Assembly (NCBI GenBank): GCA_964348665.1
Contig: CAYGDP010000023.1
Coordinates: 1,309-65,308, forward strand
From: an uncultured Verrucomicrobiota bacterium
GTDB taxonomy: Bacteria > Verrucomicrobiota > Verrucomicrobiia > Palsa-1439 > CAYGDP01
Direction of reading: 5' to 3'
DNA length: 64,000 bases
A program made the translations under genes and the position numbers. The notes beneath the pieces are model-generated. The model was given only the letters and a program-made list of their open reading frames with translations, did not search any database and was not told the DNA's origin. Positions 10,213 to 21,624 of the stretch are shown one piece after another (the first letter of the stretch is position 1; the number at the start of each line of letters is the position of its first letter).

Positions 10213-11433
10213 ATGGCAACTGCTTTCAAAAATCTTGGACTCTCCGACGAAGTCGCGCAAGGCGCGCAAGCCGCGGGCTACGTAGATCCCACCCCAATTC
10301 AATTGCGGGGGATTCCCGTTGTCCTTGCGGGACGCGACGTGATTGGCTCTGCCCAGACCGGCACCGGCAAGACTGCTGCGTTCGCCATGCCAATTCTCTC
10401 CTTGCTCAAGAATCACGGCAAATGCCGGTGCCTTGTGCTCGAACCAACGCGCGAGCTGGCGATGCAGGTGGAGACTGCGTTCCGGGACTACGCGCGGTTC
10501 ACTGACCTGCGCGCCGCGGTCATTTACGGCGGGGTCGGTTACGGCAAGCAACGCGACGACCTCAAGCGCGGCATGGATATCCTTGTGGCGACACCCGGTC
10601 GCCTTCTTGATCTGATGCAGCAAGGCGATGTGCAGCTGCGCGACATCAACATCCTCGTGCTCGACGAAGTGGATCGAATGCTCGACATGGGCTTCCTGCC
10701 AGACGTACGACGGATTGTAGAGCGTTGCCCAACGACGAGGCAGACGCTTCTCTTTTCCGCCACCATTCCCTCTGAAATCGAGCGATTGGCGGCGTGGGTA
10801 TTGCGCGAGCCGGAGAAAATCGAGATTGGCATCAGCCGGTCGGTCGCCGAGACGGTGACGCACGCGTTTTACCCGGTCGCCGAGAGCCAAAAAGCCGAAT
10901 TACTTCTCGCGCTGCTCGAACGCACGCACTACGACAGCGTACTCATCTTCACCCGCACTAAACATGAAGCCGACCGCATCTCGCATCGGCTTCGCGATGC
11001 CCGTCATGCGGTCGCCGTACTGCACTCCAATCGCACGCAGCGCGAGCGCGTGGAAGCGTTGGAAGGATTCAAGAGCGGCAAATACGAAGTCATGGTCGCC
11101 ACAGACATCGCCGCGCGTGGAATTGACATCGCTGGCATCAGCCATGTCATCAATTACGATGTGCCGCAGCATCCGGAAGATTACGTCCACCGCATTGGTC
11201 GCACTGGCCGGGCGCAGGCGGTTGGCGACGCTTTCACGCTCATTACCGCGGATGAAATCAACGAAGTGCGCGCCATCGAGCGGTTTATCGGGCAAAAAGT
11301 CTCGCGCTTGAAACTGGAAAATTTTCACTATGTCTTCTCGACCATCTTCAACGAAGACGCCATTGGGAGTGGCAGCCCAAGAGGCGGGCGCACTTCCAGC
11401 GGCTACTCGTTTTCCCCGCGCCGTCGGCGTTAA
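10213..11433 (+). CDS. DEAD-box ATP-dependent RNA helicase (RhlE-like)
   Basis: Q-motif, 'AQTGTGKT', 'DEVD' and 'HRIGRTGR' motifs. The C-terminal 'GGRTSSGYSFSPRRRR' basic tail is read directly. Confidence 0.85.
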   Translation: MATAFKNLGLSDEVAQGAQAAGYVDPTPIQLRGIPVVLAGRDVIGSAQTGTGKTAAFAMPILSLLKNHGKCRCLVLEPTRELAMQVETAFRDYARFTDLRAAVIYGGVGYGKQRDDLKRGMDILVATPGRLLDLMQQGDVQLRDINILVLDEVDRMLDMGFLPDVRRIVERCPTTRQTLLFSATIPSEIERLAAWVLREPEKIEIGISRSVAETVTHAFYPVAESQKAELLLALLERTHYDSVLIFTRTKHEADRISHRLRDARHAVAVLHSNRTQRERVEALEGFKSGKYEVMVATDIAARGIDIAGISHVINYDVPQHPEDYVHRIGRTGRAQAVGDAFTLITADEINEVRAIERFIGQKVSRLKLENFHYVFSTIFNEDAIGSGSPRGGRTSSGYSFSPRRRR

Positions 11434-12947
11434 ACAGGATGCAGCCGCGGCATTTTCGTGCCGACGGAGAATTTTTTTTCCGCCCAGCGGGAGAGACCCA
11501 CGAACGGCAGGCCAATCAACATGTACATCGCGGCCGCGAGAATTCCGATGCCGAGATAATCGTAATAGGTGGAAGCAAGTTGGCCGTAGACCTTGGTCAA
11601 CTCGACCATCGTAATTACCGAGACGAGTGAGGAATCTTTCAACAATGAGATGAAATCGTTTGTCATTGGCGGAATGACCAGCCGCCCGGCTTGCGGGATG
11701 AGAATGTGGCGGAGCGCCTGCCCGTGGGTCATCCCCAGAGCCAGCGCGGCTTCGGTTTGGCCAATCGAGATGGAGTTCAGTCCCGCGCGATAGTTTTCGG
11801 CTTCGTAGGCAGCGTAATTCAGTCCGAGGCCGAGGATGGCGGCGGTGAACGGATCAAGTTTGATGCCGATATGCGGCAGGCCATAGAAGATGAGGTAGAG
11901 TTGAATCAGGAGCGGCGTGCCCCGAACGATCTCAATAAAGCCGATCGCCAGCCAGCGCCACGCGGGCGCGGCATAAAGCCGCAGGAGCGCAACGCCCAAG
12001 CCAATACTGACGGCGATGATCATAGCAATCAACGAGAGCGCGACCGTGATGACCGCGCCGCGCGCCAGCAATGGCAGATAGCTCAGGTATTGCCAGGCGC
12101 GATCCTGCCACGTGCGTTCTTTGCCGATTGCTGCAACGAACGCTTCGTACGCTGTTGGTTGCACCGTCGAAGGCGTCGCATCGCCGAGCGTCTCGGCCAT
12201 CATTGCGGTCCACAAACCCCATTGCTCGTAGATCTCGCGGAGTTTTCCGCTCTTGGCCAGGCGCGCCAGCGCTCCATTGATTTCGCGCAACAGGTCTGGA
12301 TCGCCTTTGCGCATCGCAATCCCATAGCTCATCCGACCGATGGGCGGCCCGACAAGTTTGAGCTTGGAATTCGGCTTGCCATAATAAATTGCGATGGGTG
12401 AATCCATCAAGACCGCTTCCGTGCGGCCGAGCGCCAAATCCTCGTATGCGTTGATCTGCCCGTCGTTGCTGCTGATTTCGATGCCTTTGACCTCTTGCAG
12501 CATTCGCTCGGCGAGCGATCCTTTGAGCGTGCCGATTTTTTTGCCGATGCAATCGTTCAGCGTGGCGATGTCATTGGTCTCGCGGCGCACCGTGAGTTGC
12601 TGGAATGTCACGTAATAGGGATCGGTGAACGCAACGACCTCGGCGCGGTCGGGCGTGATCTCGAGGCCATTGACCACCACATCGTAATTGCCGCGATCGA
12701 GCGCGGGGATGAGCCCGTCCCATTGTTGCTGCACGAACTCAGTTTTCACGCCGAGTTCCTTGCCGAGCGCCTCCATCAAATCCACTTCAAACCCAATCAC
12801 GCGCGTGGGATCGGCGGGGTCTTGAAAAACATACGGCGCGCCGCCCTCCGAGTCCGCCCCCCATCGCAAGACTGGCGGCGCGGCGACCGCGCGACCGGCG
12901 AGCAATGAGTACGCGACGACTGCGAAACAAATGGATATTGTTTTCAT
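11430..12947 (-). CDS. Polar amino-acid ABC transporter, fused periplasmic substrate-binding domain plus permease. True start is ATG at 12947; the track ORF is extended upstream.
   Basis: Signal peptide 'MKTISICFAVVAYSLLAGRAVAA', a type-II SBP fold region, then a permease with the EAA-like motif 'ALGMTHGQALRHILIPQA'. Confidence 0.8.
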   Translation of the reverse strand: MKTISICFAVVAYSLLAGRAVAAPPVLRWGADSEGGAPYVFQDPADPTRVIGFEVDLMEALGKELGVKTEFVQQQWDGLIPALDRGNYDVVVNGLEITPDRAEVVAFTDPYYVTFQQLTVRRETNDIATLNDCIGKKIGTLKGSLAERMLQEVKGIEISSNDGQINAYEDLALGRTEAVLMDSPIAIYYGKPNSKLKLVGPPIGRMSYGIAMRKGDPDLLREINGALARLAKSGKLREIYEQWGLWTAMMAETLGDATPSTVQPTAYEAFVAAIGKERTWQDRAWQYLSYLPLLARGAVITVALSLIAMIIAVSIGLGVALLRLYAAPAWRWLAIGFIEIVRGTPLLIQLYLIFYGLPHIGIKLDPFTAAILGLGLNYAAYEAENYRAGLNSISIGQTEAALALGMTHGQALRHILIPQAGRLVIPPMTNDFISLLKDSSLVSVITMVELTKVYGQLASTYYDYLGIGILAAAMYMLIGLPFVGLSRWAEKKFSVGTKMPRLHPV

Positions 12948-12951
12948 GGAT

Positions 12952-13731
12952 TTAGAGGAAGTTTTTAAGGAAATTCCGAGTCCGCTCGTCGCGCGGCGCG
13001 GTGAACATCTGTTTGGGCGGAGCGCATTCCACCACGACACCACCCTCGATGAATACGATGCGGTCGGCAGCCTCGCGCGCAAACCGAATCTCGTGCGTCA
13101 CGACCACTTGTGTCATGCCGTCTTCGGAAAGTTTTTTCATCACATCGAGCACCTCATCCACCAGTGACGGATCGAGCGCGCTGGTTGGTTCATCATAGAG
13201 CATGACGCCCGGTTGCATTGCCAGCGACCGCGCGATGGCAGCCCGCTGCTGTTGCCCACCCGAAAGTTGCGATGGATAATGACTTTCGTGCGTCGAGAGC
13301 CCAACTTTCTTGAGCAGTTCACGCGCGGAGGCCTGTGCGTCCCCAAGCGGCTTCCGCTTAACAACGGTCGGTGCGATCGTGATGTTTTCCAGCACGGTCA
13401 AGTGCGGGAAAAGATTGAACTGCTGAAAGACCATCCCGACGTGCGTGCGAAGCTGCTGAGCCTCTGCCGCGACGATTTGGCGATTATCGCCGTCGCGAGT
13501 GCGGTCAAGCGAGTATTGACCAATGATAATTTTGCCGTGGTCGGGGATTTCGAGACCGTTCAGGCAGCGCAGCAGTGTGGACTTGCCGCAGCCCGACGGA
13601 CCGATAAGCACCACCAACTCCCCTGGAGCGATTTGAAGATCGATACCGCGTAGAACCTGTGTGCCGAGGAATGCTTTGTGCAGGTCGCTGACGGCAATCG
13701 CAAAGTTGTCATTCACGTTGCGCCGAATCAA
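12952..13731 (-). CDS. Amino-acid ABC transporter ATP-binding protein (GlnQ-like)
   Basis: Walker A 'GPSGCGKST', signature 'LSGGQQQRAAIAR', Walker B 'MLYDEPTSALD'. Stop lies 5 nt from the permease start, consistent with an operon. Confidence 0.85.
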   Translation of the reverse strand: MIRRNVNDNFAIAVSDLHKAFLGTQVLRGIDLQIAPGELVVLIGPSGCGKSTLLRCLNGLEIPDHGKIIIGQYSLDRTRDGDNRQIVAAEAQQLRTHVGMVFQQFNLFPHLTVLENITIAPTVVKRKPLGDAQASARELLKKVGLSTHESHYPSQLSGGQQQRAAIARSLAMQPGVMLYDEPTSALDPSLVDEVLDVMKKLSEDGMTQVVVTHEIRFAREAADRIVFIEGGVVVECAPPKQMFTAPRDERTRNFLKNFL

Positions 13732-13967
13732 ACCACAATCGCGCGCGCTGTCGAGAAGTTTTTATTGGCCACGAAAAGATTTACCCGCCGTGAGGTTTGG
13801 CGGGCACAAAAAGCGAAAAACAGTTTTTTGTCTTTCACTGTTGAGCATGGCTATAATATCAGCGAGCAGCCGAGCGGTGGTCGCACGTCCAGCGGCTACT
13901 CGTTTTCCCGCACCGGCGGCGGTGATCCGATCCTGGATTTGAAATTTCAAATCTTAAATTTGAAATT

Positions 13968-14501
13968 TTAAGCTTCGCGATCTTCATCTTCAACTGGTAT
14001 CCCGCGTTTTGCCAGGCGCTTCCGCATCGTCTCTTCATTGATCGCCTTAAATTTTTGGGTGAATGCCGCCGCGCTTTTCATTTGCTCGTCCACGCGACGG
14101 GATTTTTCGTTGAGATACCGGTGGCCGGTGACCTCGGAATTTTGGAGGCTGTCCGCCCAAGCGTGAAGCTGGCGCGAGCAACTCTCGGCGATGGATTTCA
14201 AATTTGATATTTCAGATTTGAAATTCGCGAAGCGTCCGCGCCGCTCCAAAAAGCAGAGCATCGAACGCACTTCGCCTGCTGACCCGCGCGCGATGTAAAG
14301 GAACGTCAGCAGTTCTTGCGTTGTCCCCCGCTCAAATCCTTCGGCGATATTGTTGGAGACTGACAGGGATGCTCGTTCGATCTGGTCGCGCAGCGAGTAG
14401 CTGCTTTTCCAGCGCGAGTCCTCGGTCATGTCATACACATCCTCGGCAAGGCGGATCGCTTCTTTCCAGACGGGCAAATCTTCAAATCGTTCATAGGTCA
14501 T
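13968..14501 (-). CDS. Four-helix-bundle protein (23S rRNA intervening-sequence protein family, TIGR02436-like) with a ~60-aa C-terminal extension
   Basis: 'SLRDQIERASLSVSNNIAEGFERGTTQELLTFLYIARGSAGEV' is the hallmark core of this family. Confidence 0.7.
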   Translation of the reverse strand: MTYERFEDLPVWKEAIRLAEDVYDMTEDSRWKSSYSLRDQIERASLSVSNNIAEGFERGTTQELLTFLYIARGSAGEVRSMLCFLERRGRFANFKSEISNLKSIAESCSRQLHAWADSLQNSEVTGHRYLNEKSRRVDEQMKSAAAFTQKFKAINEETMRKRLAKRGIPVEDEDREA

Positions 14502-14570
14502 GACACGACTCTGAGAGGTACTGTCCTTAATTTTAAATCAATTCCCACTGCGTTTTAATTTTAAAATCCG

Positions 14571-15077
14571 TCAACCATTCATGAATGTTTTGATGTCCTC
14601 GATATAGTCTTTTAGCCGTTGGTCTCGGCTATAACCGAGTCGTTCGCAAATTGCGTCATCAATTTCATCCAAGGCTCGGAGTAATCTGTAAACTTTGAGC
14701 GAGGCCTCCTTCAGTAATTCGATCGCTTTCAATTCACCATCTTGGGAGTATAGGAACTTTGCATTCTCAACGAGAGAGTGGTGCGCGATCCAGTTGCGGG
14801 CTTTGCGAGCGTCCTCGATAAGCACTTCGAATTCGCTCACGGGTAGAGCCGACTTGAACTGTGGAATTAACTTGCCAAGATTCTGCTTAAGCCGTTTCTC
14901 CATGGCATCTTCATATGTCACGTTGAAATTTTTGTTTCGCGGTCGCTTCCCAGTTAGCATCTCCCACATCGTTGTAATGCGAGCCATTTGCTTCTCAACG
15001 AGCTGACACAGATAAATGCTCGTGCCGAGCATGTAAAACGCACCCCGAGGCTCTGTATGAAGTTTTGGAAGTTGCAT
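14571..15077 (-). CDS. Hypothetical 168-aa protein in an AT-rich patch; candidate HEPN-like motif R-x4-H ('KARNWIAHH'). The start is 20 nt downstream of the gyrA stop.
   Basis: ATG at 15077 gives 'MQLPKLHTEPRG...'. GC content is visibly lower than the flanks. The track ORF extends upstream into gyrA in another frame, which is rejected. Confidence 0.4.
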   Translation of the reverse strand: MQLPKLHTEPRGAFYMLGTSIYLCQLVEKQMARITTMWEMLTGKRPRNKNFNVTYEDAMEKRLKQNLGKLIPQFKSALPVSEFEVLIEDARKARNWIAHHSLVENAKFLYSQDGELKAIELLKEASLKVYRLLRALDEIDDAICERLGYSRDQRLKDYIEDIKTFMNG

Positions 15078-15096
15078 AGGTTTCCGCCGATTGCGT

Positions 15097-17577
15097 TTAC
15101 TTCTTCCCTTCCGTTGCCTTCCCCGTCTCAACCGTCTCCGCCTTCTCCTCATCCTCATCGCTGACGACGCGGGCGAGGGCGACCAATTTGTCTTTGCCAT
15201 CGAGGCGCACGAGGCGGACCCCTTGGGTGTTGCGGCCGGCTTCGCGGATGTCCGCAACGGGAGTGCGGATCATCTGGCCGTCACTGGTGATGAGCATGAC
15301 TTGGTCGGTATCGGTGACGGTGATCGCACCCGCAACGCGACCGGTTTTGTCCGTGGTTTTCATGGTGATGATGCCTTTGCCGCCACGGGATTGTTTGCGG
15401 TATTCGTCGAAGGCAGTGCGTTTGCCGACACCGCTTTCGCCAGCGACGAGTAGAGTGGCCTTGGGACTGACGATTTCGATGGCTACGAGCTGATCGCCTT
15501 TGTCGAGGTCCATTCCCCAGACACCGACCGTGGCTCGACCTTGGTCGCGCATTTGATCTTCATGGAATCGGATGCTTTGACCGTTGCGACTGACCAATAC
15601 GATTTCGTCTTTGCCGTTGGTGAGACGGACGCCGAGGAGTGTATCTCCCTTTTCGATGTTGATGGCGACGATGCCGCCTTTGCGGGTGTTGGCAAATTCG
15701 CCGAGGTTGGTTTTCTTGATGATGCCGGTGCGAGTGGCGAACACGACGAATTGATCGGCTTTGAATTCACCGATACGAAGGCAGGCGGCGATTTTCTCGT
15801 CCGGCTTGAGCGCAAGCAGATTGGCGATTCCTTTACCTTTGGCGGCGCGCCCGGCTTCGGGGATTTCGTACACTTTTTCGGCGTACACACGTCCGTTGCT
15901 GGTAAAGAAAAGGAGTTCGTCGTGGGTGCTGGCGGTAAAGAGTTGTTCCACGAAATCTTCTTCACGTTGTTCCATGCCGATGACGCCTTTTCCTCCGCGA
16001 CGTTGCGAACGGTAGGCGCTGACGGCGGTGCGCTTGATGAAACCAGCATGGCTGATGGTAATGATAGCGGCTTCTTTGGCGATGAGGTCTTCGATGGACA
16101 TCTCGCCTTCTTCGGCGACGATGTCGCTGCGGCGTTTGTCGCCATGTTTTTCCTTCACGATGGTCAGCTCGTCTTTGATGAGCGCGAAGATCTTTTTCTC
16201 GCTGGCCAGGAGGGCGCGGAGTTCTTCGATCCGCTTGATGACGGCCAGATATTCCTCTTCGATCTTTTCTCGCTCCAGGCCGGTAAGCTGGTAAAGGCGC
16301 ATTTCGAGGATGGCATCGGTCTGGCGCTCGGAAAGCTTGTATTTCGCCATCAACTTTTCTTTGGCTTCGGCGCGGTTGGCGGCTTTGCGGATGATTTTGA
16401 CGAAGTCATCGAGGTTATCGAGGGCGATCTTGAAGCCTTCGAGGATGTGGGCGCGATCTTCCGCCTTCTGCAACTCGAACTTCGCGCGGCGCACAACAAC
16501 TTCATGGCGATGATCAATGTAACACTGGAGCATCTCCTTGATGTTCATCAGCCGCGGTCGGTTGCGGTCGAGCGCGAGGAGGGTGACGCCAAAACTGTCT
16601 TCGAGTTGTGTGCGTTTGTAGAGATTGTTGATGATGACTTTGGGAATGGCGTCACGCTTCAGCTCGATCACAACGCGCATGCCTTCTTTGTCGGACTCGT
16701 CGCGGATGTCGCTGATGCCATCGAGGGCGCGGTCGTTGACCAAGCCGGCGATTTTCTCGATGAGAAGCGCCTTGTTGACATTGAAGGGAATTTCGCTAAT
16801 GACGATTTGCTGCTTGCCGCCTTTCATTTCCTCGACGCCCAGGCGTCCGCGCATCTTGATGGAGCCACGCCCCGTCTCAAAGTAGTCCTTGATGCCGCCC
16901 TTGCCGCAGATGAGACCGCCAGTGGGAAAGTCAGGGCCTTTAATAATCTTGCTTAGGTCTTTGATGGTGACATCGGGGTCGTCAATCATCGCGAAGAGGC
17001 CGTCAATGATTTCGGATAAATTGTGCGGCGGGATGTTCGTGGCCATGCCGACGGCGATGCCGGTGCTGCCGTTGCAGATAAGATTCGGGAAACCTGCGGG
17101 AAAAATCTTCGGTTCCGTGCGCGATTCATCGTAATTGGGAACAAAATCTACCGTGTCCTTGTCGAGGTCGGCCAAGAGCAGCACGGCCAGCGGCGTAAGG
17201 CGCGCTTCCGTATAACGCATTGCTGCAGGAGGATCGCCGTCCACCGAGCCAAAATTGCCCTGCCCATCCACGAGCGGGTAACGCATCGAAAAATCCTGCG
17301 CCATATGGACAAGCGTGGGGTAGATGACCTGTTCGCCGTGCGGATGATAATTTCCCGACGTATCGCCAGCGATCTTGGCGCATTTGCGGTGCGGACGATT
17401 GGGTTGCAAGCCAAGCTCGTGCATCGCGTAAAGGATGCGGCGCTGGGAAGGTTTTAGGCCATCGCGCGCGTCGGGCAGAGCGCGGGAGATGATGACGCTC
17501 ATCGAATAATCGAGGAACGACGTCTTCATCTCCTCGGCGACGTTAATGGGATCAACTTTTTCGTTTTGGGTATACAT
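15097..17577 (-). CDS. gyrA: DNA gyrase subunit A
   Basis: An 826-aa protein with the active-site Tyr region '[10 protein letters not shown]', the QRDR-like region 'HPHGEQVIY' and a C-terminal beta-pinwheel with a GyrA box. Confidence 0.95.
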   Translation of the reverse strand: MYTQNEKVDPINVAEEMKTSFLDYSMSVIISRALPDARDGLKPSQRRILYAMHELGLQPNRPHRKCAKIAGDTSGNYHPHGEQVIYPTLVHMAQDFSMRYPLVDGQGNFGSVDGDPPAAMRYTEARLTPLAVLLLADLDKDTVDFVPNYDESRTEPKIFPAGFPNLICNGSTGIAVGMATNIPPHNLSEIIDGLFAMIDDPDVTIKDLSKIIKGPDFPTGGLICGKGGIKDYFETGRGSIKMRGRLGVEEMKGGKQQIVISEIPFNVNKALLIEKIAGLVNDRALDGISDIRDESDKEGMRVVIELKRDAIPKVIINNLYKRTQLEDSFGVTLLALDRNRPRLMNIKEMLQCYIDHRHEVVVRRAKFELQKAEDRAHILEGFKIALDNLDDFVKIIRKAANRAEAKEKLMAKYKLSERQTDAILEMRLYQLTGLEREKIEEEYLAVIKRIEELRALLASEKKIFALIKDELTIVKEKHGDKRRSDIVAEEGEMSIEDLIAKEAAIITISHAGFIKRTAVSAYRSQRRGGKGVIGMEQREEDFVEQLFTASTHDELLFFTSNGRVYAEKVYEIPEAGRAAKGKGIANLLALKPDEKIAACLRIGEFKADQFVVFATRTGIIKKTNLGEFANTRKGGIVAINIEKGDTLLGVRLTNGKDEIVLVSRNGQSIRFHEDQMRDQGRATVGVWGMDLDKGDQLVAIEIVSPKATLLVAGESGVGKRTAFDEYRKQSRGGKGIITMKTTDKTGRVAGAITVTDTDQVMLITSDGQMIRTPVADIREAGRNTQGVRLVRLDGKDKLVALARVVSDEDEEKAETVETGKATEGKK

Positions 17578-17637
17578 GCTTCCGCTCGTTGAATGGTTTA
17601 AAGGTTAAAACGTTACATCGGGTAGGTGTGTGGATGC

Positions 17638-20232
<2,595 letters not shown>

Positions 20233-20377
20233 CTATGAGTATACATTTTTCGGCCAAAAACACAACATTTTTCTCGAGTGTAAGTGCCTCGAAATCCACA
20301 AGATATGGGGTACTGGCGGCATCGAAGCGCGATTAGTTGAGGGTTGTGGAAAAGGTATCGAGCGCGAAATGGAGAGC

Positions 20378-20424
20378 TTGACAAACCTCCGATTTCAGCT
20401 ATAAGACAAGTATATGCGCATATA
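20378..20424 (+). promoter_or_regulatory. Sigma70-like promoter (TTGACA-N16-TATAAG) followed by a perfect 14-bp palindrome, TATATGCGCATATA (20411..20424), immediately upstream of the ArsR gene. Likely an autoregulatory operator.
   Basis: Hexamers and palindrome read directly. The palindrome is self-complementary over all 14 positions. Confidence 0.6.
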
Positions 20425-20442
20425 CATTTTAAACTCTTGCAC

Positions 20443-20820
20443 ATGAAGAAGACTGTTCATTTCTTGAGGGCTCTCGGCCAACTCAACCGTCTGCGGATCG
20501 TCAAAGCCATCCTCGGTGGCGAATACTGCGTCTGCGAACTCGCCGATGCATTGGAACTCTCCCAACCTAACATTTCCCAACATCTGATCCTTCTGGATCG
20601 CGCGGGGCTACTCGCCTCCCGGAAAATTGCCACTTGGGTCTACTACACGATCCCTCCTGATTCCGCGTCTATGTTGCGCAGCTTGCTCGGCCTATTGGGC
20701 GATCCTGATTCCCCTCGTGCTCAGGCCGATGCCGAGCGGCTACAAAAACGCCTCGCACTGCGTCGCAACGGCGAATGTTATCTCGGCGACCGGCACTTGC
20801 CCAAGAGCAATGTTCGGTGA
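20443..20820 (+). CDS. ArsR/SmtB-family transcriptional regulator. Start is ATG 20443; the track ORF begins at an upstream alternative start.
   Basis: wHTH 'LRIVKAILGGEYCVCELADALELSQPNISQHLILLDRAGLL' with the CVC metal-sensing motif. Confidence 0.8.
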   Translation: MKKTVHFLRALGQLNRLRIVKAILGGEYCVCELADALELSQPNISQHLILLDRAGLLASRKIATWVYYTIPPDSASMLRSLLGLLGDPDSPRAQADAERLQKRLALRRNGECYLGDRHLPKSNVR

Positions 20821-20847
20821 CCAATTGCCATCCGATCCAGTTACCAT

Positions 20848-20875
20848 TTGACAGATTGCGAATCGCCATTATACT
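20848..20875 (+). promoter_or_regulatory. Sigma70-like promoter (TTGACA-N16-TATACT) upstream of the Rrf2 regulator gene
   Basis: Hexamers read directly. It shares the 12-mer TTGACAGATTGC with the riboswitch promoter at 21382. Confidence 0.55.
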
Positions 20876-20908
20876 AGTGCGAGTTAGGTAATTTAGTAAA
20901 GATTAACC

Positions 20909-21328
20909 ATGAAGCTTGCTGTCAAATGTGATTATGCTTCTCGCGCGGTGGAGTGGCTTTCGATGAAATATCCAAGCGGGCAACCTGCGTCCATTGAGGA
21001 GATCGCTCGGAGTCAACGGATTCCTGCGAATTATCTGGTGCAGATTTTGCAGGAATTGAAGGCGAGCGGGTTGATTCGCAGCCTGCGTGGCCAAGCGGGA
21101 GGCTACATTTTGGCGCGTCCACCGGAGCAGATTAGCTTTGCCGATCTGCTCCGCGCAGTACACGGTGATGTGTTTGATATCACTTGCTCGCTGGATCGGG
21201 GATGTCCCGACGAGCTGCGGCAGGTTTGGCAGCGCCTCAAGGGCGTGTTTGAGCGCGAAGCGGAGTCGGTGAAGTTTGACCAGATCGTCACAGTCGCGAG
21301 CGGCCGCGCGCAAATGTTCGAGATTTAA
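20909..21328 (+). CDS. Rrf2-family transcriptional regulator (IscR/CymR-like)
   Basis: 'CDYASRAVEWLS...IEEIARSQRIPANYLVQILQELKASGLIRSLRGQAGGYILARP' is the canonical Rrf2 wHTH. Confidence 0.85.
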   Translation: MKLAVKCDYASRAVEWLSMKYPSGQPASIEEIARSQRIPANYLVQILQELKASGLIRSLRGQAGGYILARPPEQISFADLLRAVHGDVFDITCSLDRGCPDELRQVWQRLKGVFEREAESVKFDQIVTVASGRAQMFEI

Positions 21329-21335
21329 TTGGTGG

Positions 21336-21369
21336 CACAGGCGTCTCTGCCTGTGATTATTTGTTCTTT
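21336..21369 (+). terminator. Rho-independent terminator after the Rrf2 gene (CACAGGC-GTCTCT-GCCTGTG, then a T-rich tract)
   Basis: 7-bp perfect stem followed by 'ATTATTTGTTCTTT', read directly. Confidence 0.6.
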
Positions 21370-21381
21370 GAAAAACTGACG

Positions 21382-21409
21382 TTGACAGATTGCCCAGCTG
21401 TGGTAGAGT
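21382..21409 (+). promoter_or_regulatory. Sigma70-like promoter (TTGACA-N16-TAGAGT) driving the SAM riboswitch leader
   Basis: Hexamers read directly, ~25 nt upstream of the riboswitch P1 stem. Confidence 0.55.
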
Positions 21410-21435
21410 CACGTCGCTGTCCGCCGTGGCGGACG

Positions 21436-21568
21436 CTCTTATCGAGAGTGGCAGAGGGACTGGCCCGTTGAAGCCACAGCAACCGACCGCGCTAGCAACG
21501 TGGTGACAAGGTGCTAAATCCAGCTTGTTCGTTCCGCGATGGCGGGGCAGACAGGAAAAGATGAGAGG
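21436..21568 (+). ncRNA. SAM-I (S-box) riboswitch aptamer
   Basis: 'CTCTTATCGAGAGTGGCAGAGGGACTGGCCCGTTGAAGCCACAGCAACC...GGTGCTAAATCCAGC...AGATGAGAG' matches the S-box consensus. It has P1 (CUCUUAUC/GAUGAGAG), the kink-turn GA, P3 and the GGUGCUAAAUCC junction. Confidence 0.85.
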
Positions 21569-21624
21569 AGACGCTGTTGGTTCGTCTTCCTTCCTCCCTC
21601 GATTAGCGTTCCCGCGCAGCGAAC

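Noticed and set aside
13678-13971. Plus-strand 97-aa ORF ending in 'SGGRTSSGYSFSRTGGGDPILDLKFQILNLKF'
   Set aside because: Its similarity to the helicase tail is explained by the 57-bp DNA duplication. The ORF also overlaps the glnQ-like start region. It is treated as a repeat remnant, not a gene.
15541-16956. 471-aa plus-strand ORF antisense to gyrA. Similar long antisense ORFs occur at 17626..18318, 18656..19297 and 19177..19896 opposite gyrB.
   Set aside because: They lie entirely within highly conserved gyrase coding sequence on the opposite strand. Their translations are low-complexity (Ala/Asp/Phe/Gly-rich). This is typical GC-rich antisense open frames.
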